Assembly (NCBI GenBank): GCA_045637265.1
Contig: JAZTZC010000470.1
Span: 1-56,082, forward strand
Reading direction: 5' to 3'
From: Eubacteriales bacterium
Lineage (GTDB): Bacteria > Bacillota > Clostridia > Oscillospirales > CAG-272
DNA: 56,082 nt
Of this stretch, positions 17,233 through 26,691 are shown in pieces. The stretch's first letter is position 1; each line of letters opens with the position of its first letter. The translations under genes were made by a program, and so were the position numbers. Below the pieces are notes generated by a model. The model saw only the letters and a program-made list of their open reading frames with translations, did not search any database and had not been told where the DNA came from.

Positions 17233-18720
17233 TTAATTGGTTTCGTATTCTTCAAAGAATGTAAAGACCTTTTCCATCTTCTTGTCGAAGGCCTTATGAT
17301 TCTTTTCATACATGGAAGCGATATCGGCGGACTTCTGCTGCATCAGCATCTGCATCCAGAATGCGGCACCGTCGGTATTGCCGAAGACGTAGCCGAAGTC
17401 AAAGATACGTCCCGCAAGGATCAAATCCAGAATGGCAATGGAGGTTTCGTCACGGGTACCCTTGTTCTTCAGTACGATATCATAATAGGTGGGAATGGTC
17501 TGTTTATAGCTTTCGGCGTTGAGTGCTTCCGTGATGATGCCGACAAAATCGGGATCGGAAACGGTGATCGGTACCGCCATACCCTCATGACCGCCGTCAA
17601 CCATCGTATAATATCCCTCCTGTGCCTCATCCCACTTGGGATACGGGATAATGCCGTAGTCGGTTTCAAAGTCGCGCAGGGAGGTAGCGGCGGAGTCGAA
17701 GACTGACGGATGGAACAGGGTCTGATTGGAGATGAACATCGTGCCGGGAATTGCCCATTCATCAATGGTGGTGGTGACAAAGGAGCCCTGCGTGTTCCAG
17801 CACAGCTCATACATCTGCTCATAAATTTCCACGACATGGCTGTTGTAGTAGTCAAGCAGAATGGTGCCGTCCGCCTGCTTCTTGCCGAGCTTTTCGCCGA
17901 ATGCCCAGAGGAAGGCGTTGACGTTGGAGAATGCGGGCATGGTAAAGCCGTACAGATCCTGCTGGTCCGCCTCGCCGTTGCCGTTGAGGTCACGGTATAC
18001 ACTCTTGGTCAGCTCCGTCATCTTGTCAATGGTCCATGCGCCGTTGTCCACAAGTGCATACAGATCCTCGATGTCGTAGTCCGATGCGATCTGCTTGTTG
18101 AAATAGACGCAGTAGGTAGATGCAACCGTCGTCAGGGCAAAGTCACCCATTGCAAGGAAGCATTTGCCGTCATAGGTCAGGTCTTCCACGGTGGAGGAAG
18201 AGTACCATGGCTTGTCAAAGTTGATGTGCGGCAGATCGTACCAGTTGTAATACAGAGAATCGCAGACGGCATTACCGGCGAATACGATATGTCCCGAAAA
18301 CAGCTGATAGGCATCGTCACCCGCCATAACAGTGTTCCTGAGCTGCGGAATCAACTGATCCTCAGAGAAAACATCCGCCTCCAGTACGATGTTGAAGCGT
18401 TCTGTGACAGCGGCATTGCGGTTGAAGATGGCATCGTCCATGACATCCCCCGTCTGCTCCTCCATCAGATAATAGTCCACACAGGCGTCATCGCCCATGA
18501 TGCGGAACGTGCGTCCGCCATAGTCAACGGTTTCCAGATCGTCGGACACAAGCTTACGTGCTTCCAGCGAGTCGAGCTCTTCGGTAACGGCTGCTGTGTC
18601 GGCGGTGGTGTCAGCGTCGGTTCCGGTCGGTGTTGTGCCGGTATCACCGCCGCAGGAAATCAGAGATGCTGCAAGCATAGATGTCAGTAAAAGTGCTGCT
18701 GTCAGATTGATATGTTTCAT
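17233..18720 (-). CDS. Extracellular solute-binding lipoprotein, paralog 2
   Basis: MKHINLTAALLLTSMLAASLISCGG. By eye about 60-65 percent identical to paralog 3. AAGGAG RBS. The start at 18720 replaces the ORF-track 18954. Confidence 0.85.
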   Translation of the reverse strand: MKHINLTAALLLTSMLAASLISCGGDTGTTPTGTDADTTADTAAVTEELDSLEARKLVSDDLETVDYGGRTFRIMGDDACVDYYLMEEQTGDVMDDAIFNRNAAVTERFNIVLEADVFSEDQLIPQLRNTVMAGDDAYQLFSGHIVFAGNAVCDSLYYNWYDLPHINFDKPWYSSSTVEDLTYDGKCFLAMGDFALTTVASTYCVYFNKQIASDYDIEDLYALVDNGAWTIDKMTELTKSVYRDLNGNGEADQQDLYGFTMPAFSNVNAFLWAFGEKLGKKQADGTILLDYYNSHVVEIYEQMYELCWNTQGSFVTTTIDEWAIPGTMFISNQTLFHPSVFDSAATSLRDFETDYGIIPYPKWDEAQEGYYTMVDGGHEGMAVPITVSDPDFVGIITEALNAESYKQTIPTYYDIVLKNKGTRDETSIAILDLILAGRIFDFGYVFGNTDGAAFWMQMLMQQKSADIASMYEKNHKAFDKKMEKVFTFFEEYETN

Positions 18721-18772
18721 TGATAAGGCTCCTTTGTTTATATTGGGGATGTATGCGTCAGAACCCGGAAAC

Positions 18773-20284
18773 TTATCCGAGCTCGTATTCTTCAAAGAAT
18801 TGAATGGCTTTTTCGATGCGCTTGTCGTACGGCAGGTGCTTCTTTTCATAGTAGGATGCAATGTCTGCGGACTTCTGTTCAACGAGATACTGCGGCCAGA
18901 ACGCGGCGCCGAATTCGCCGAAGACGTAGCCGAAGTCGAAGACACGTCCCTCAAAGATCATGTCAAGCATTGCAACGGACTGCTCATCGCGCGAGCCTTT
19001 TGCCTTGAGGACAACGTCATAGAACGTCGGGACGGTGCGTTTGTAGCTCTCTGCATTGAGTGCTTCGACGATCATGCCGACAAAATCGGTGTCCCCGACG
19101 GACAGCGGAATCGCAAGTCCTTCGTGACCGCCGTCGACCATCGTGTAGTAGCCCTTTTGCGCTTCATCCCACTTCGGATAGGGAAGAATGCCGTAGTCCG
19201 TCTCAAAGTCACGCAGCGCGGTTGCGGCGACCTTGAACGTGTTGGGCTGGAACAGAACCTGATTGTTGAGGAACATGTCAAACGCGATGTTCTGCGTGTT
19301 GGTGCCGGTGGGGCTGTCGAGATCCATATACGTACCCTCGGTGTTCCAGCAGAAGTCGATCAGCTTCTGATAGACTTCGATGACGTGATCGTTGAAGTAG
19401 TCCATGACAATGGTGCCGTCCGCCTGCTTCTTGCCGAGCTTCTCGCCGAACGCCCAGAGGAACGTGTTGACGGGAGAACGCGGCCACATGACAAAGCCGT
19501 AGAGGTCCTGCTCGTCCTCCTTGCCGTCACCGTTGAGATCGCGGTATACCTGCTTTGTGTATTCGGAGAGGGTGTCAATCGTCCACTTGCCTTCGTTGAC
19601 AAGCTCGTACATATCGGGCAGGTCGTAATCGGCGGCAATCTGCTTGTTGTAGTAGATACAGTAGGTCGAGTCGACGGTGGACAGCGCAAAGTCACCCATG
19701 GCGAGGAATGCCTTGCCGTCGTAGGTCAGGTCCTCCACGGTCGACTGCGACCACCACGGCTTGGAAAAGTCGATGTGCGGCATGTCGTACCAGTTGTAAT
19801 AAATACCCTGTCCGACAGCGTTGCCGGCGTAGATGATGTGTCCTGCAAACAGCTGGTATTCGTCATCCCCTGCCATGACGGAATTTTTGAGCGTACCCGT
19901 CAGACGACCTTCTTCAATGACATTTGCTTCGATGACCACATTGAAGCGTTCCGAAACGACGGCATTGCGGAGAAAAACGGAATCGTCGAGGACATCACCG
20001 GTTTCCTCCGGGATGATGTAATAATCCTCATACTCTTCGTCACCGAGAATGCGGAATGTTCTGCCGCCGAAGTCCGTGTCTTCCAGACCGTCATCAACGA
20101 GCATACGCTGCTCCAGCGCGTCAAGCTCTTCCGTTACGGCGGATGTTTCGATGACCGCACCGGAATCGGCGGGAATATCTTTCATATCGGTGGGGGTGTT
20201 GTCGGCGGTATCGCCGCAAGAAATCATGGCTGCCGACAGGGTGGATGCCAGCAGAAGAAGGGTAATGGCTCTTGTGTGTTTCAT
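18773..20284 (-). CDS. Extracellular solute-binding lipoprotein, paralog 3
   Basis: MKHTRAITLLLLASTLSAAMISCGD. AAGGAGAG RBS. The start at 20284 replaces the ORF-track 20362. Confidence 0.85.
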   Translation of the reverse strand: MKHTRAITLLLLASTLSAAMISCGDTADNTPTDMKDIPADSGAVIETSAVTEELDALEQRMLVDDGLEDTDFGGRTFRILGDEEYEDYYIIPEETGDVLDDSVFLRNAVVSERFNVVIEANVIEEGRLTGTLKNSVMAGDDEYQLFAGHIIYAGNAVGQGIYYNWYDMPHIDFSKPWWSQSTVEDLTYDGKAFLAMGDFALSTVDSTYCIYYNKQIAADYDLPDMYELVNEGKWTIDTLSEYTKQVYRDLNGDGKEDEQDLYGFVMWPRSPVNTFLWAFGEKLGKKQADGTIVMDYFNDHVIEVYQKLIDFCWNTEGTYMDLDSPTGTNTQNIAFDMFLNNQVLFQPNTFKVAATALRDFETDYGILPYPKWDEAQKGYYTMVDGGHEGLAIPLSVGDTDFVGMIVEALNAESYKRTVPTFYDVVLKAKGSRDEQSVAMLDMIFEGRVFDFGYVFGEFGAAFWPQYLVEQKSADIASYYEKKHLPYDKRIEKAIQFFEEYELG

Positions 20285-20324
20285 GACAGAAGTCTCTCCT
20301 TGAATTGATGTTTTGTTACCTCTA

Positions 20325-20353
20325 ATTATAGTATACTTTCCTCCGGTTGTCAA
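20325..20353 (-). promoter_or_regulatory. Consensus sigma-A promoter of the three-SBP operon
   Basis: The minus strand reads TTGACA (20353-20348), a 17-nt spacer, then TATAAT (20330-20325). Confidence 0.7.
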
Positions 20354-20382
20354 GTGCGGCACGGGAAAATGTGAGAGAAATG

Positions 20383-20416
20383 ATAAAAGCCAACCGCTTT
20401 GTTTTGGCGGTTGGCA
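20383..20416 (-). terminator. Rho-independent terminator of the 20422-21228 gene
   Basis: The minus strand reads gccaaccgc-caaaacaaa-gcggttggc followed by ttttatcattt. Confidence 0.8.
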
Positions 20417-20421
20417 AGGGG

Positions 20422-21228
20422 TTATTGGGCGGGGGTATCGTCTGTTTGCTGTGCGGCATATTCGTCGGCAAACTGCTTTTGCTGCTGCTCTTCCAATTCA
20501 AGCATATAAGCGTCGACACCGATTTCATCAGCACGTCCGGTGCGGTTCTCGATCAGTTCACGGATGTCATGAAGCAGATCGTCTTCCGTGCGGTCATCCT
20601 GTATGCGGTCGCGGGTGTACCAGACTGTGCCGTCTGTCAGTTCATACAGATAGGAACGGCCGGAATTTGCGTAAACCGCTTCATTTTCAAGATATTCGTC
20701 CGTCAGAAACATCAGATAGGTTTTGCCGACCTCCATCGGAATGGCATTGAGCTGTGAGGACAGAATGTATTCGTTTTCAGCATAGGAATCGCGGTCAAGA
20801 TCACGCAGCTTGTTGTACCGCTTCCGCGCCTGTTCCTTTGCATAGGATGCGGGTATGATGCCATTGCCCGATGTGACGCTGACCGTATCTCCGACCGCAA
20901 GCCGTTCATTGACGTCCATCAGGATATCGAGGATATAAACCTCAAACGTAATGGAAGGGTCGCCGAACAGCGTCACCTTCATATCCTCCGTCGACAGGAT
21001 CTTTGCGATCACGACCTGCGTGGACATTTCCGCAACGGTTTCGGGTGCGTCAATGTTGACTGCGCTGTAGCCGATCTGTTCTCTGGAACCGTATTCCGCG
21101 ACAATGATGCGCTCCGGGACGGTGGTTTCCGTTGTCGGAGGGGGATCCGATTGTTCGGTCTGCGCGGTGCAGGCGCATGTCATACAGAGCAGAAGCAATG
21201 CCAGCAGAAAAGATGAGAATGATTTCAT
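20422..21228 (-). CDS. Hypothetical lipoprotein
   Basis: MKSFSSFLLALLLLCMTCACTAQ carries the lipobox. GGAGGA RBS. I do not recognise the family. Confidence 0.7.
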   Translation of the reverse strand: MKSFSSFLLALLLLCMTCACTAQTEQSDPPPTTETTVPERIIVAEYGSREQIGYSAVNIDAPETVAEMSTQVVIAKILSTEDMKVTLFGDPSITFEVYILDILMDVNERLAVGDTVSVTSGNGIIPASYAKEQARKRYNKLRDLDRDSYAENEYILSSQLNAIPMEVGKTYLMFLTDEYLENEAVYANSGRSYLYELTDGTVWYTRDRIQDDRTEDDLLHDIRELIENRTGRADEIGVDAYMLELEEQQQKQFADEYAAQQTDDTPAQ

Positions 21229-21328
21229 GTCGGTGTCCTCCGTTTCCTGTTATGTACGGTATCTACAATTATTGTATCACAGCAAACTATACTTGTCAAG
21301 CCGAAAACGGAATTGTCGGCGAAAATTC

Positions 21329-21357
21329 TTGACATTTCTCTCAAAATCCGCTATAAT
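21329..21357 (+). promoter_or_regulatory. Consensus sigma-A promoter
   Basis: TTGACA, a 17-nt spacer, then TATAAT (21352-21357), upstream of the activase gene. Confidence 0.7.
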
Positions 21358-21392
21358 AAAACCATCCAATACCTGAAAGGACGAATACTGTC

Positions 21393-22304
21393 ATGACCGA
21401 AACCACCGCCATGATTTTCAATATCCAGCGCTTCTCCGTGGACGACGGACCCGGTATCCGCACCACCGTCTTCTTCAAGGGCTGTCCGCTCTCCTGTATC
21501 TGGTGCCATAATCCCGAATCGCATCGCCGCGAGCCGGAGCTGATGTACAACGCGCAGAAGTGTATCTCCTGCGGCGCATGTTCCACTGTCTGTGACCACG
21601 GCGGACATACCTTCGACCAAGCCCATGCGCATACCCTTGACCGCACAGACTGCATTTCCTGCGGCGCATGTGCCGGCATCTGCCCGACAAAGGCCGTCGA
21701 GATGGCAGGGCGCGAGGAAACCGTGGAGAATATCCTAAAGGAAGTTCTCGCCGATAAGATTTTCTATGAGCAGTCCGGCGGCGGTATGACTGTCTCCGGC
21801 GGGGAACCGCTCTATCAGCCGACCGCAGTCACAGCACTCTGCCGGGCAGCCAAGGAAGCCGGTCTGCATGTCGCCATGGAAACCTGCGGCTTTGCATCGT
21901 CATCTGTTGTACGCGAGGTCGCTCCATGGGTCGATCTGTTCCTCTTTGACTATAAAGCGCCCGCCGATAGCCATGAAAAGCTGACAGGTGTGCCGCAGAA
22001 GCCGATTTTAGATACGCTGGCGCTTCTGGCAGAGCTTGGAAAAGACGTTATCCTGCGCTGCCCGATCATCCCGGACTGCAACGATACCGACGGTCACTTT
22101 GCCGATATCACAGCCCTTGCAAAGCGCTATGACAACATCAGAGAGGTTCACCTTGAGCCTTATCACCCGCTCGGTATCTCCAAGCTCGAACAGCTCGGAC
22201 GTGCAGTCACCTACGATAACCGTACCTTCCTCGATTCCCATACGCTGCAATCCCGCTGTGAGCAGATGACAGGGCAGTGCGGCAAGACGGTACGGATTTC
22301 CTGA
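21393..22304 (+). CDS. Glycyl-radical enzyme activating protein (radical SAM with two extra ferredoxin-like clusters)
   Basis: FSVDDGPGIRTTVFFKGCPLSCIWCHNPE gives CX3CX2C. It is followed by CISCGACSTVC and CISCGACAGICP, then GGMTVSGGEPL. Confidence 0.9.
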   Translation: MTETTAMIFNIQRFSVDDGPGIRTTVFFKGCPLSCIWCHNPESHRREPELMYNAQKCISCGACSTVCDHGGHTFDQAHAHTLDRTDCISCGACAGICPTKAVEMAGREETVENILKEVLADKIFYEQSGGGMTVSGGEPLYQPTAVTALCRAAKEAGLHVAMETCGFASSSVVREVAPWVDLFLFDYKAPADSHEKLTGVPQKPILDTLALLAELGKDVILRCPIIPDCNDTDGHFADITALAKRYDNIREVHLEPYHPLGISKLEQLGRAVTYDNRTFLDSHTLQSRCEQMTGQCGKTVRIS

Positions 22305-22338
22305 AAATGAGAAATGAGCAGGCAGCTGCAATGAACCT

Positions 22339-22478
22339 GTAGGGCGGGGGCTTGTCTCCCGCCGCCAAGGGAGAACAACATCACAATTCCGTATAACAAA
22401 TGGTGGAAAAACCTTTTTTTCTGTATTTTCCGTTATCAAAATTGCTGCGTTACGGCGGGAGACAAGCCCCCGCCCTAC
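22339..22478. repeat. REPIN/MITE-like element, copy C
   Basis: GTAGGGCGGGGGCTTGTCTCCCGCCGCC (22339-22366) and CGGCGGGAGACAAGCCCCCGCCCTAC (22453-22478) are near-perfect inverted repeats. They flank an 86-bp AT-rich core. Confidence 0.9.
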
Positions 22479-22685
22479 AGATACAGGGACACGTCTGCGT
22501 TAGCGATTACGGTCATCAAAACCTCGCGTTGACAGTATTGCCATCATCGGGGACGGTTGGGACGTGCGACCCCGTACAGACACAGTGTAACGCATGTAAA
22601 TCGTTACACTGTACCATTTCCGTGAAAACGCCCAAAAAATGCAGAAAAAATCGAAAAATTTCTTTTGGAAATTTGAAATACCCCA

Positions 22686-22714
22686 TTGACAAAATGCGCA
22701 ATTTCGGGTATAAT
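22686..22714 (+). promoter_or_regulatory. Consensus sigma-A promoter of the yceD-like/rpmF operon
   Basis: TTGACA, a 17-nt spacer, then TATAAT (22709-22714). Confidence 0.75.
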
Positions 22715-22755
22715 TTAGAAATGAATGATTGCTTGTGGGAAAGGAGCGATTTACC

Positions 22756-23376
22756 ATGCTGCTCGATATGACACAACTTCTCGGCGGTGCGGTGGATCGG
22801 CTTGATTTTTCCTATACGCTGACAGCAGATCGTGTTCCGTATGAGGGTGCGCCCTGTACGGAGGACGGAGATATTGCCGATGTGCAGGTGACAAAGGACA
22901 ACGGTGAGGACGAGGGTATTTACCCCATCGTGTTCGATGACGTTGTTGTTTTGGCTCCTGTTGCGGTGACAGGTTCGGTTGTCAACCGTGCCGGATACAT
23001 CACGCTGACGGCGGAGGCGAGCATGTCATACAGAACCCACTGCGCAAGATGTCTTGCGGAGGTGGAGGATACCGTTCGCTTCCTGTGCGAAAAGACGGTA
23101 GCCGACGAAAAAGGTCTGCTGCGTCTGGAAAACACGGAAAACGACGACTATGTACAGATCAAGGGTGGAAAGCTTGACCTCGACGCACCGATCTGCGACG
23201 AGATTCTCCTTGGCTTTCCGATGCGTATTCTCTGCTCGGACGACTGCAAAGGCCTGTGTGCCGGATGTGGTGCCGATCTGAACCGGGAGGCGTGCCGCTG
23301 TACAAAGAAAGAAGTTGACCCGCGTCTGGCAAAGCTGGCAGCACTGCTTGCGGAAATGCCCGACGATGAGGAATGA
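22756..23376 (+). CDS. YceD/DUF177 family protein (large-subunit rRNA accumulation protein)
   Basis: It sits upstream of rpmF and has the C-terminal CSDDCKGLCAGCGADLN..CRC motif. AAAGGAG lies 9 nt before the ATG at 22756. Confidence 0.88.
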   Translation: MLLDMTQLLGGAVDRLDFSYTLTADRVPYEGAPCTEDGDIADVQVTKDNGEDEGIYPIVFDDVVVLAPVAVTGSVVNRAGYITLTAEASMSYRTHCARCLAEVEDTVRFLCEKTVADEKGLLRLENTENDDYVQIKGGKLDLDAPICDEILLGFPMRILCSDDCKGLCAGCGADLNREACRCTKKEVDPRLAKLAALLAEMPDDEE

Positions 23377-23466
23377 CGGAAACGGAAGGAAGCTTGAATT
23401 CCGACCGACGGCATCCGTACCAATCAATAAAAAAAACTACCGGGATATAAAGGGAGGACAAACGAA

Positions 23467-23643
23467 ATGGCAGTACCGAAGAAAAAAGTATCCAAAGCAA
23501 GAAGAGACAAGAGACGTTCCAATGTTTGGAAGCTCGACCTGCCGGGCATGGTAAAGTGCCCCAAGTGCGGCGAATATAACCTCGCACACCGCGTTTGCAA
23601 GAACTGCGGCACCTACGACGGCAAGGTTGTCATCGAAAAGTAA
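23467..23643 (+). CDS. rpmF: 50S ribosomal protein L32
   Basis: Not in the ORF track because it is under 60 aa. My own translation is [68 protein letters not shown] is upstream. Confidence 0.95.
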   Translation: MAVPKKKVSKARRDKRRSNVWKLDLPGMVKCPKCGEYNLAHRVCKNCGTYDGKVVIEK

Positions 23644-23738
23644 TTTTCAAACGACAGAAAACACGGGACTGAACACGGACAGGCAATGCCTGTTTGCCGT
23701 ACAGTCCCGCTTTTCATGAACAGGAAAGGAGAACTCCC

Positions 23739-25049
23739 ATGGTAACGATCACCGCAGTCACACCCGGAACACTCGCCGCAAAGAAAGGGATTCTGCCGGG
23801 CGATATTCTGATCTCCGTCAATGAACACGAGATCAACGATGTACTGGATTACCGGTTTTATCTGACAGAGAAACAGCTGACCCTGCTGCTCCACCGCGGA
23901 CCGGATCTGGTTACGGTCAAGCTGCGCAAACAGGAATATGAGGACATCGGACTGGAATTTGAGACGTTTCTGATGGACAAGCAGCACGCCTGCAAAAACA
24001 AATGTGTGTTCTGCTTCATCGACCAGAATCCGCACGGCATGCGTGACGCGGTCTACTTCAAGGACGATGACTCGCGCATGTCGTTTCTGATGGGCAGCTA
24101 CGTCACGCTGACCAATCTGACAGACACCGATGTCGACCGCATCATCGAAATGCATATGTCGCCCATCCATGTCTCCGTGCATACAACCGATCCCGAGCTG
24201 CGTGTACAGATGATGAAAAATCCGCGATCCGGCGAGGTTCTTTCGTATCTGCGCCGCTTTGCCGATGCCGGGATTGCGCTCGAGTGTCAGATTGTCCTGT
24301 GCAAGGATATCAACGACGGGGAACACCTGACCCGTTCCATGCGCGATCCCTGCACCTATCTTCCCGCACTTTCCACCTGCTCTATCGTCCCCTGCGGTCT
24401 GACCGACCATCGCGCGGGACTGTGTCATATCGAGCCGTTTACCGCAGAGGACTGTGCCGCGGTACTTGACCGTGTCGCGGAAATTCAGAACGAATGTGTT
24501 GAAAAATACGGCAGACCGGTGTTCTACTGTTCGGACGAGTTCTATCTCAAATCCGGCAGAGAATTTCCCGATGGCGCATTTTACGAGGACTACGCGCAGA
24601 TTGAGAACGGTGTCGGCATGATTCCGTCGATGCGCGATGAATTTGACTTCCGCATGGAAGACCTGACCGATGAGGAGCGCGCGGTGTGCCGTGAAGTCTC
24701 CGTTGCAACAGGCCGTGCCGCGTATCCGTTTTTGTCCTCGCTGTGTGATTGTCTGATGCGCGAGATCCCCGCCTTGAAGATTCATATTTATCCGATTGAA
24801 AACCGGTTTTTCGGTAAAAATATTACCGTTGCAGGTCTTGTCACGGGCGGCGATCTGATCGCGCAGATCAAAGGAAAGCCGCTTGGTGAGACGCTGTGCA
24901 TCCCATCCGTCATGCTCCGTCATGAGGGCGATTTGTTCCTTGATGATGTTTCCGTTGCGGATGCGGAAAACGCACTCGGTGTACCGCTGACGGTGGTCGA
25001 CTGCGCTTACGGCGCCGATGCGTTCGTCGATGCGCTTCTTGGAATTTGA
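23739..25049 (+). CDS. DUF512 protein (PDZ plus radical-SAM-like domain)
   Basis: MVTITAVTPGTLAAKKGILPGDILISVN is the PDZ region. CKNKCVFCFIDQ gives the Cys motif. AAAGGAG lies 8 nt before the ATG at 23739. Confidence 0.85.
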   Translation: MVTITAVTPGTLAAKKGILPGDILISVNEHEINDVLDYRFYLTEKQLTLLLHRGPDLVTVKLRKQEYEDIGLEFETFLMDKQHACKNKCVFCFIDQNPHGMRDAVYFKDDDSRMSFLMGSYVTLTNLTDTDVDRIIEMHMSPIHVSVHTTDPELRVQMMKNPRSGEVLSYLRRFADAGIALECQIVLCKDINDGEHLTRSMRDPCTYLPALSTCSIVPCGLTDHRAGLCHIEPFTAEDCAAVLDRVAEIQNECVEKYGRPVFYCSDEFYLKSGREFPDGAFYEDYAQIENGVGMIPSMRDEFDFRMEDLTDEERAVCREVSVATGRAAYPFLSSLCDCLMREIPALKIHIYPIENRFFGKNITVAGLVTGGDLIAQIKGKPLGETLCIPSVMLRHEGDLFLDDVSVADAENALGVPLTVVDCAYGADAFVDALLGI

Positions 25050-25255
25050 TTTTTTACAGCGGCGGTTTGCTCCCGTCCGTTGTCACATCCCACAAATATC
25101 GCGTTATCGTGTTGTATAACTTTACCAAAATCATTGGCAAAACCGACCAATCCCTTTCTTTGGGTTCATAAATATTTCATATTTCGTTCAATTCTGTTTC
25201 AAATCGGTTTGCTATAATATATAAGATAAATTCTGAAAATAGGAGATGAAACACC

Positions 25256-26581
25256 ATGTCCAAACCCGTGGCAGCGATTGTCGGTCGTCCGAACGTCGGC
25301 AAGAGCACCCTGTTCAATAAACTGGCGGGCACGCGCGTATCCATCGTCGAGGATATCCCCGGCGTTACCCGTGACCGCATCATATACGAAATCGAGTGGA
25401 ATGGCCGTGCGCTGACCATCATCGATACCGGCGGTATTGAGCCGAAATCCGATGATATCCTGCTCTCCCAGATGAAGACGCAGGCACAGATCGCCATCGA
25501 TATGGCAGACGTCATTCTGTTCATGGTCGACGGCAAGCGCGGTCTTGCTCCCGAGGACGTTGACATCGCGATGATGCTCAAGCGTTCGGGCAAGCCGATC
25601 ATTCCGCTGGTCAATAAAATCGATACGATCGGTGATCTGCCGATGGAATTCTATGAGTTCTACGAGCTCGGCTTTGAAGAAGACCTGATTCCGCTGTCGT
25701 CTCTGCACGGTACAGGCTCGGGCGACCTTCTGGATCGCGTACTGGAGCTGTCCCCGTCTGATGAGGATGTCGAGGGCGATGAGGACTATATCAAAGTCGC
25801 CGTCATCGGTAAGCCCAACGTCGGCAAATCGTCCATCGTCAACCGCCTGACCGGTGAGGAACGCTGTATCGTCGCCGATATGGCAGGCACGACGCGCGAT
25901 GCCATCGATACCAAGTTCGAAAACGAGCACGGCAAGTTCATCTTCATCGACACGGCAGGTATCCGCCGTCAGTCGAAGGTTGAGGACCGCCTTGAAAAGT
26001 TCTCCGTGCTCCGTGCCAAAATGGCTGTTGAGCGTGCAGACGTCTGTCTCATTATGATCGACGCCGAGGAAGGCATCACCGAGCAGGACGAAAAGATCGC
26101 AGGTCTGGCACACGATGCGGGCAAGGCATCCATCATCGTCGTCAACAAGTGGGATGCCATCGAAAAGGACAATTCCACGACCAAGCAGTTTACCGAGAAA
26201 ATTTACCAGTCGCTGGCGTATATGCAGTATGCGCCGCTGTCGTTTGTTTCTGCAAAGACCGGTCAGCGCACGGATAAGCTCTTTGAGCAGATTGTATCGG
26301 TCTACGGTCAGTCTGTCATGCGTATCTCCACCGGTATGCTCAATGACGTGCTTGCCGACGCAACCGCACGTGTTCAGCCGCCGTCCGACAAGGGCAAGCA
26401 TCTGAAGATTTACTACTGGACCCAGCAGTCCATCAAGCCGCCTACATTCGTTATTTTCTGCAACGATGCGGAGCTGTTCCATTTCTCCTATCAGCGGTAT
26501 CTGGAAAACCAGCTGCGCGGTGTCTTCGGCTTCCACGGTACACCCATTAAGTTCATCATCAGACAAAAGGGTGATGATTGA
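25256..26581 (+). CDS. der: Ribosome biogenesis GTPase Der (EngA)
   Basis: Two G domains (GRPNVGKSTLFN and GKPNVGKSSIVN) plus a KH-like C-terminus. Confidence 0.95.
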   Translation: MSKPVAAIVGRPNVGKSTLFNKLAGTRVSIVEDIPGVTRDRIIYEIEWNGRALTIIDTGGIEPKSDDILLSQMKTQAQIAIDMADVILFMVDGKRGLAPEDVDIAMMLKRSGKPIIPLVNKIDTIGDLPMEFYEFYELGFEEDLIPLSSLHGTGSGDLLDRVLELSPSDEDVEGDEDYIKVAVIGKPNVGKSSIVNRLTGEERCIVADMAGTTRDAIDTKFENEHGKFIFIDTAGIRRQSKVEDRLEKFSVLRAKMAVERADVCLIMIDAEEGITEQDEKIAGLAHDAGKASIIVVNKWDAIEKDNSTTKQFTEKIYQSLAYMQYAPLSFVSAKTGQRTDKLFEQIVSVYGQSVMRISTGMLNDVLADATARVQPPSDKGKHLKIYYWTQQSIKPPTFVIFCNDAELFHFSYQRYLENQLRGVFGFHGTPIKFIIRQKGDD

Positions 26582-26691
26582 TGCATACAGCGGAATCGAT
26601 GGGATTGTTTTACAATGAAGTTGCATCTGCGTATCCCGTTTCCGCTATTCCCCCTCGCTTCCCCGAATAAACAGAAAAGGAAAAAACTACC

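Noticed and set aside
17710-20308. Long plus-strand ORFs 17710..18690 and 18596..20308 (326 and 570 aa)
   Set aside because: They lie antisense to the well-supported SBP lipoprotein genes and have no RBS or recognisable domains.
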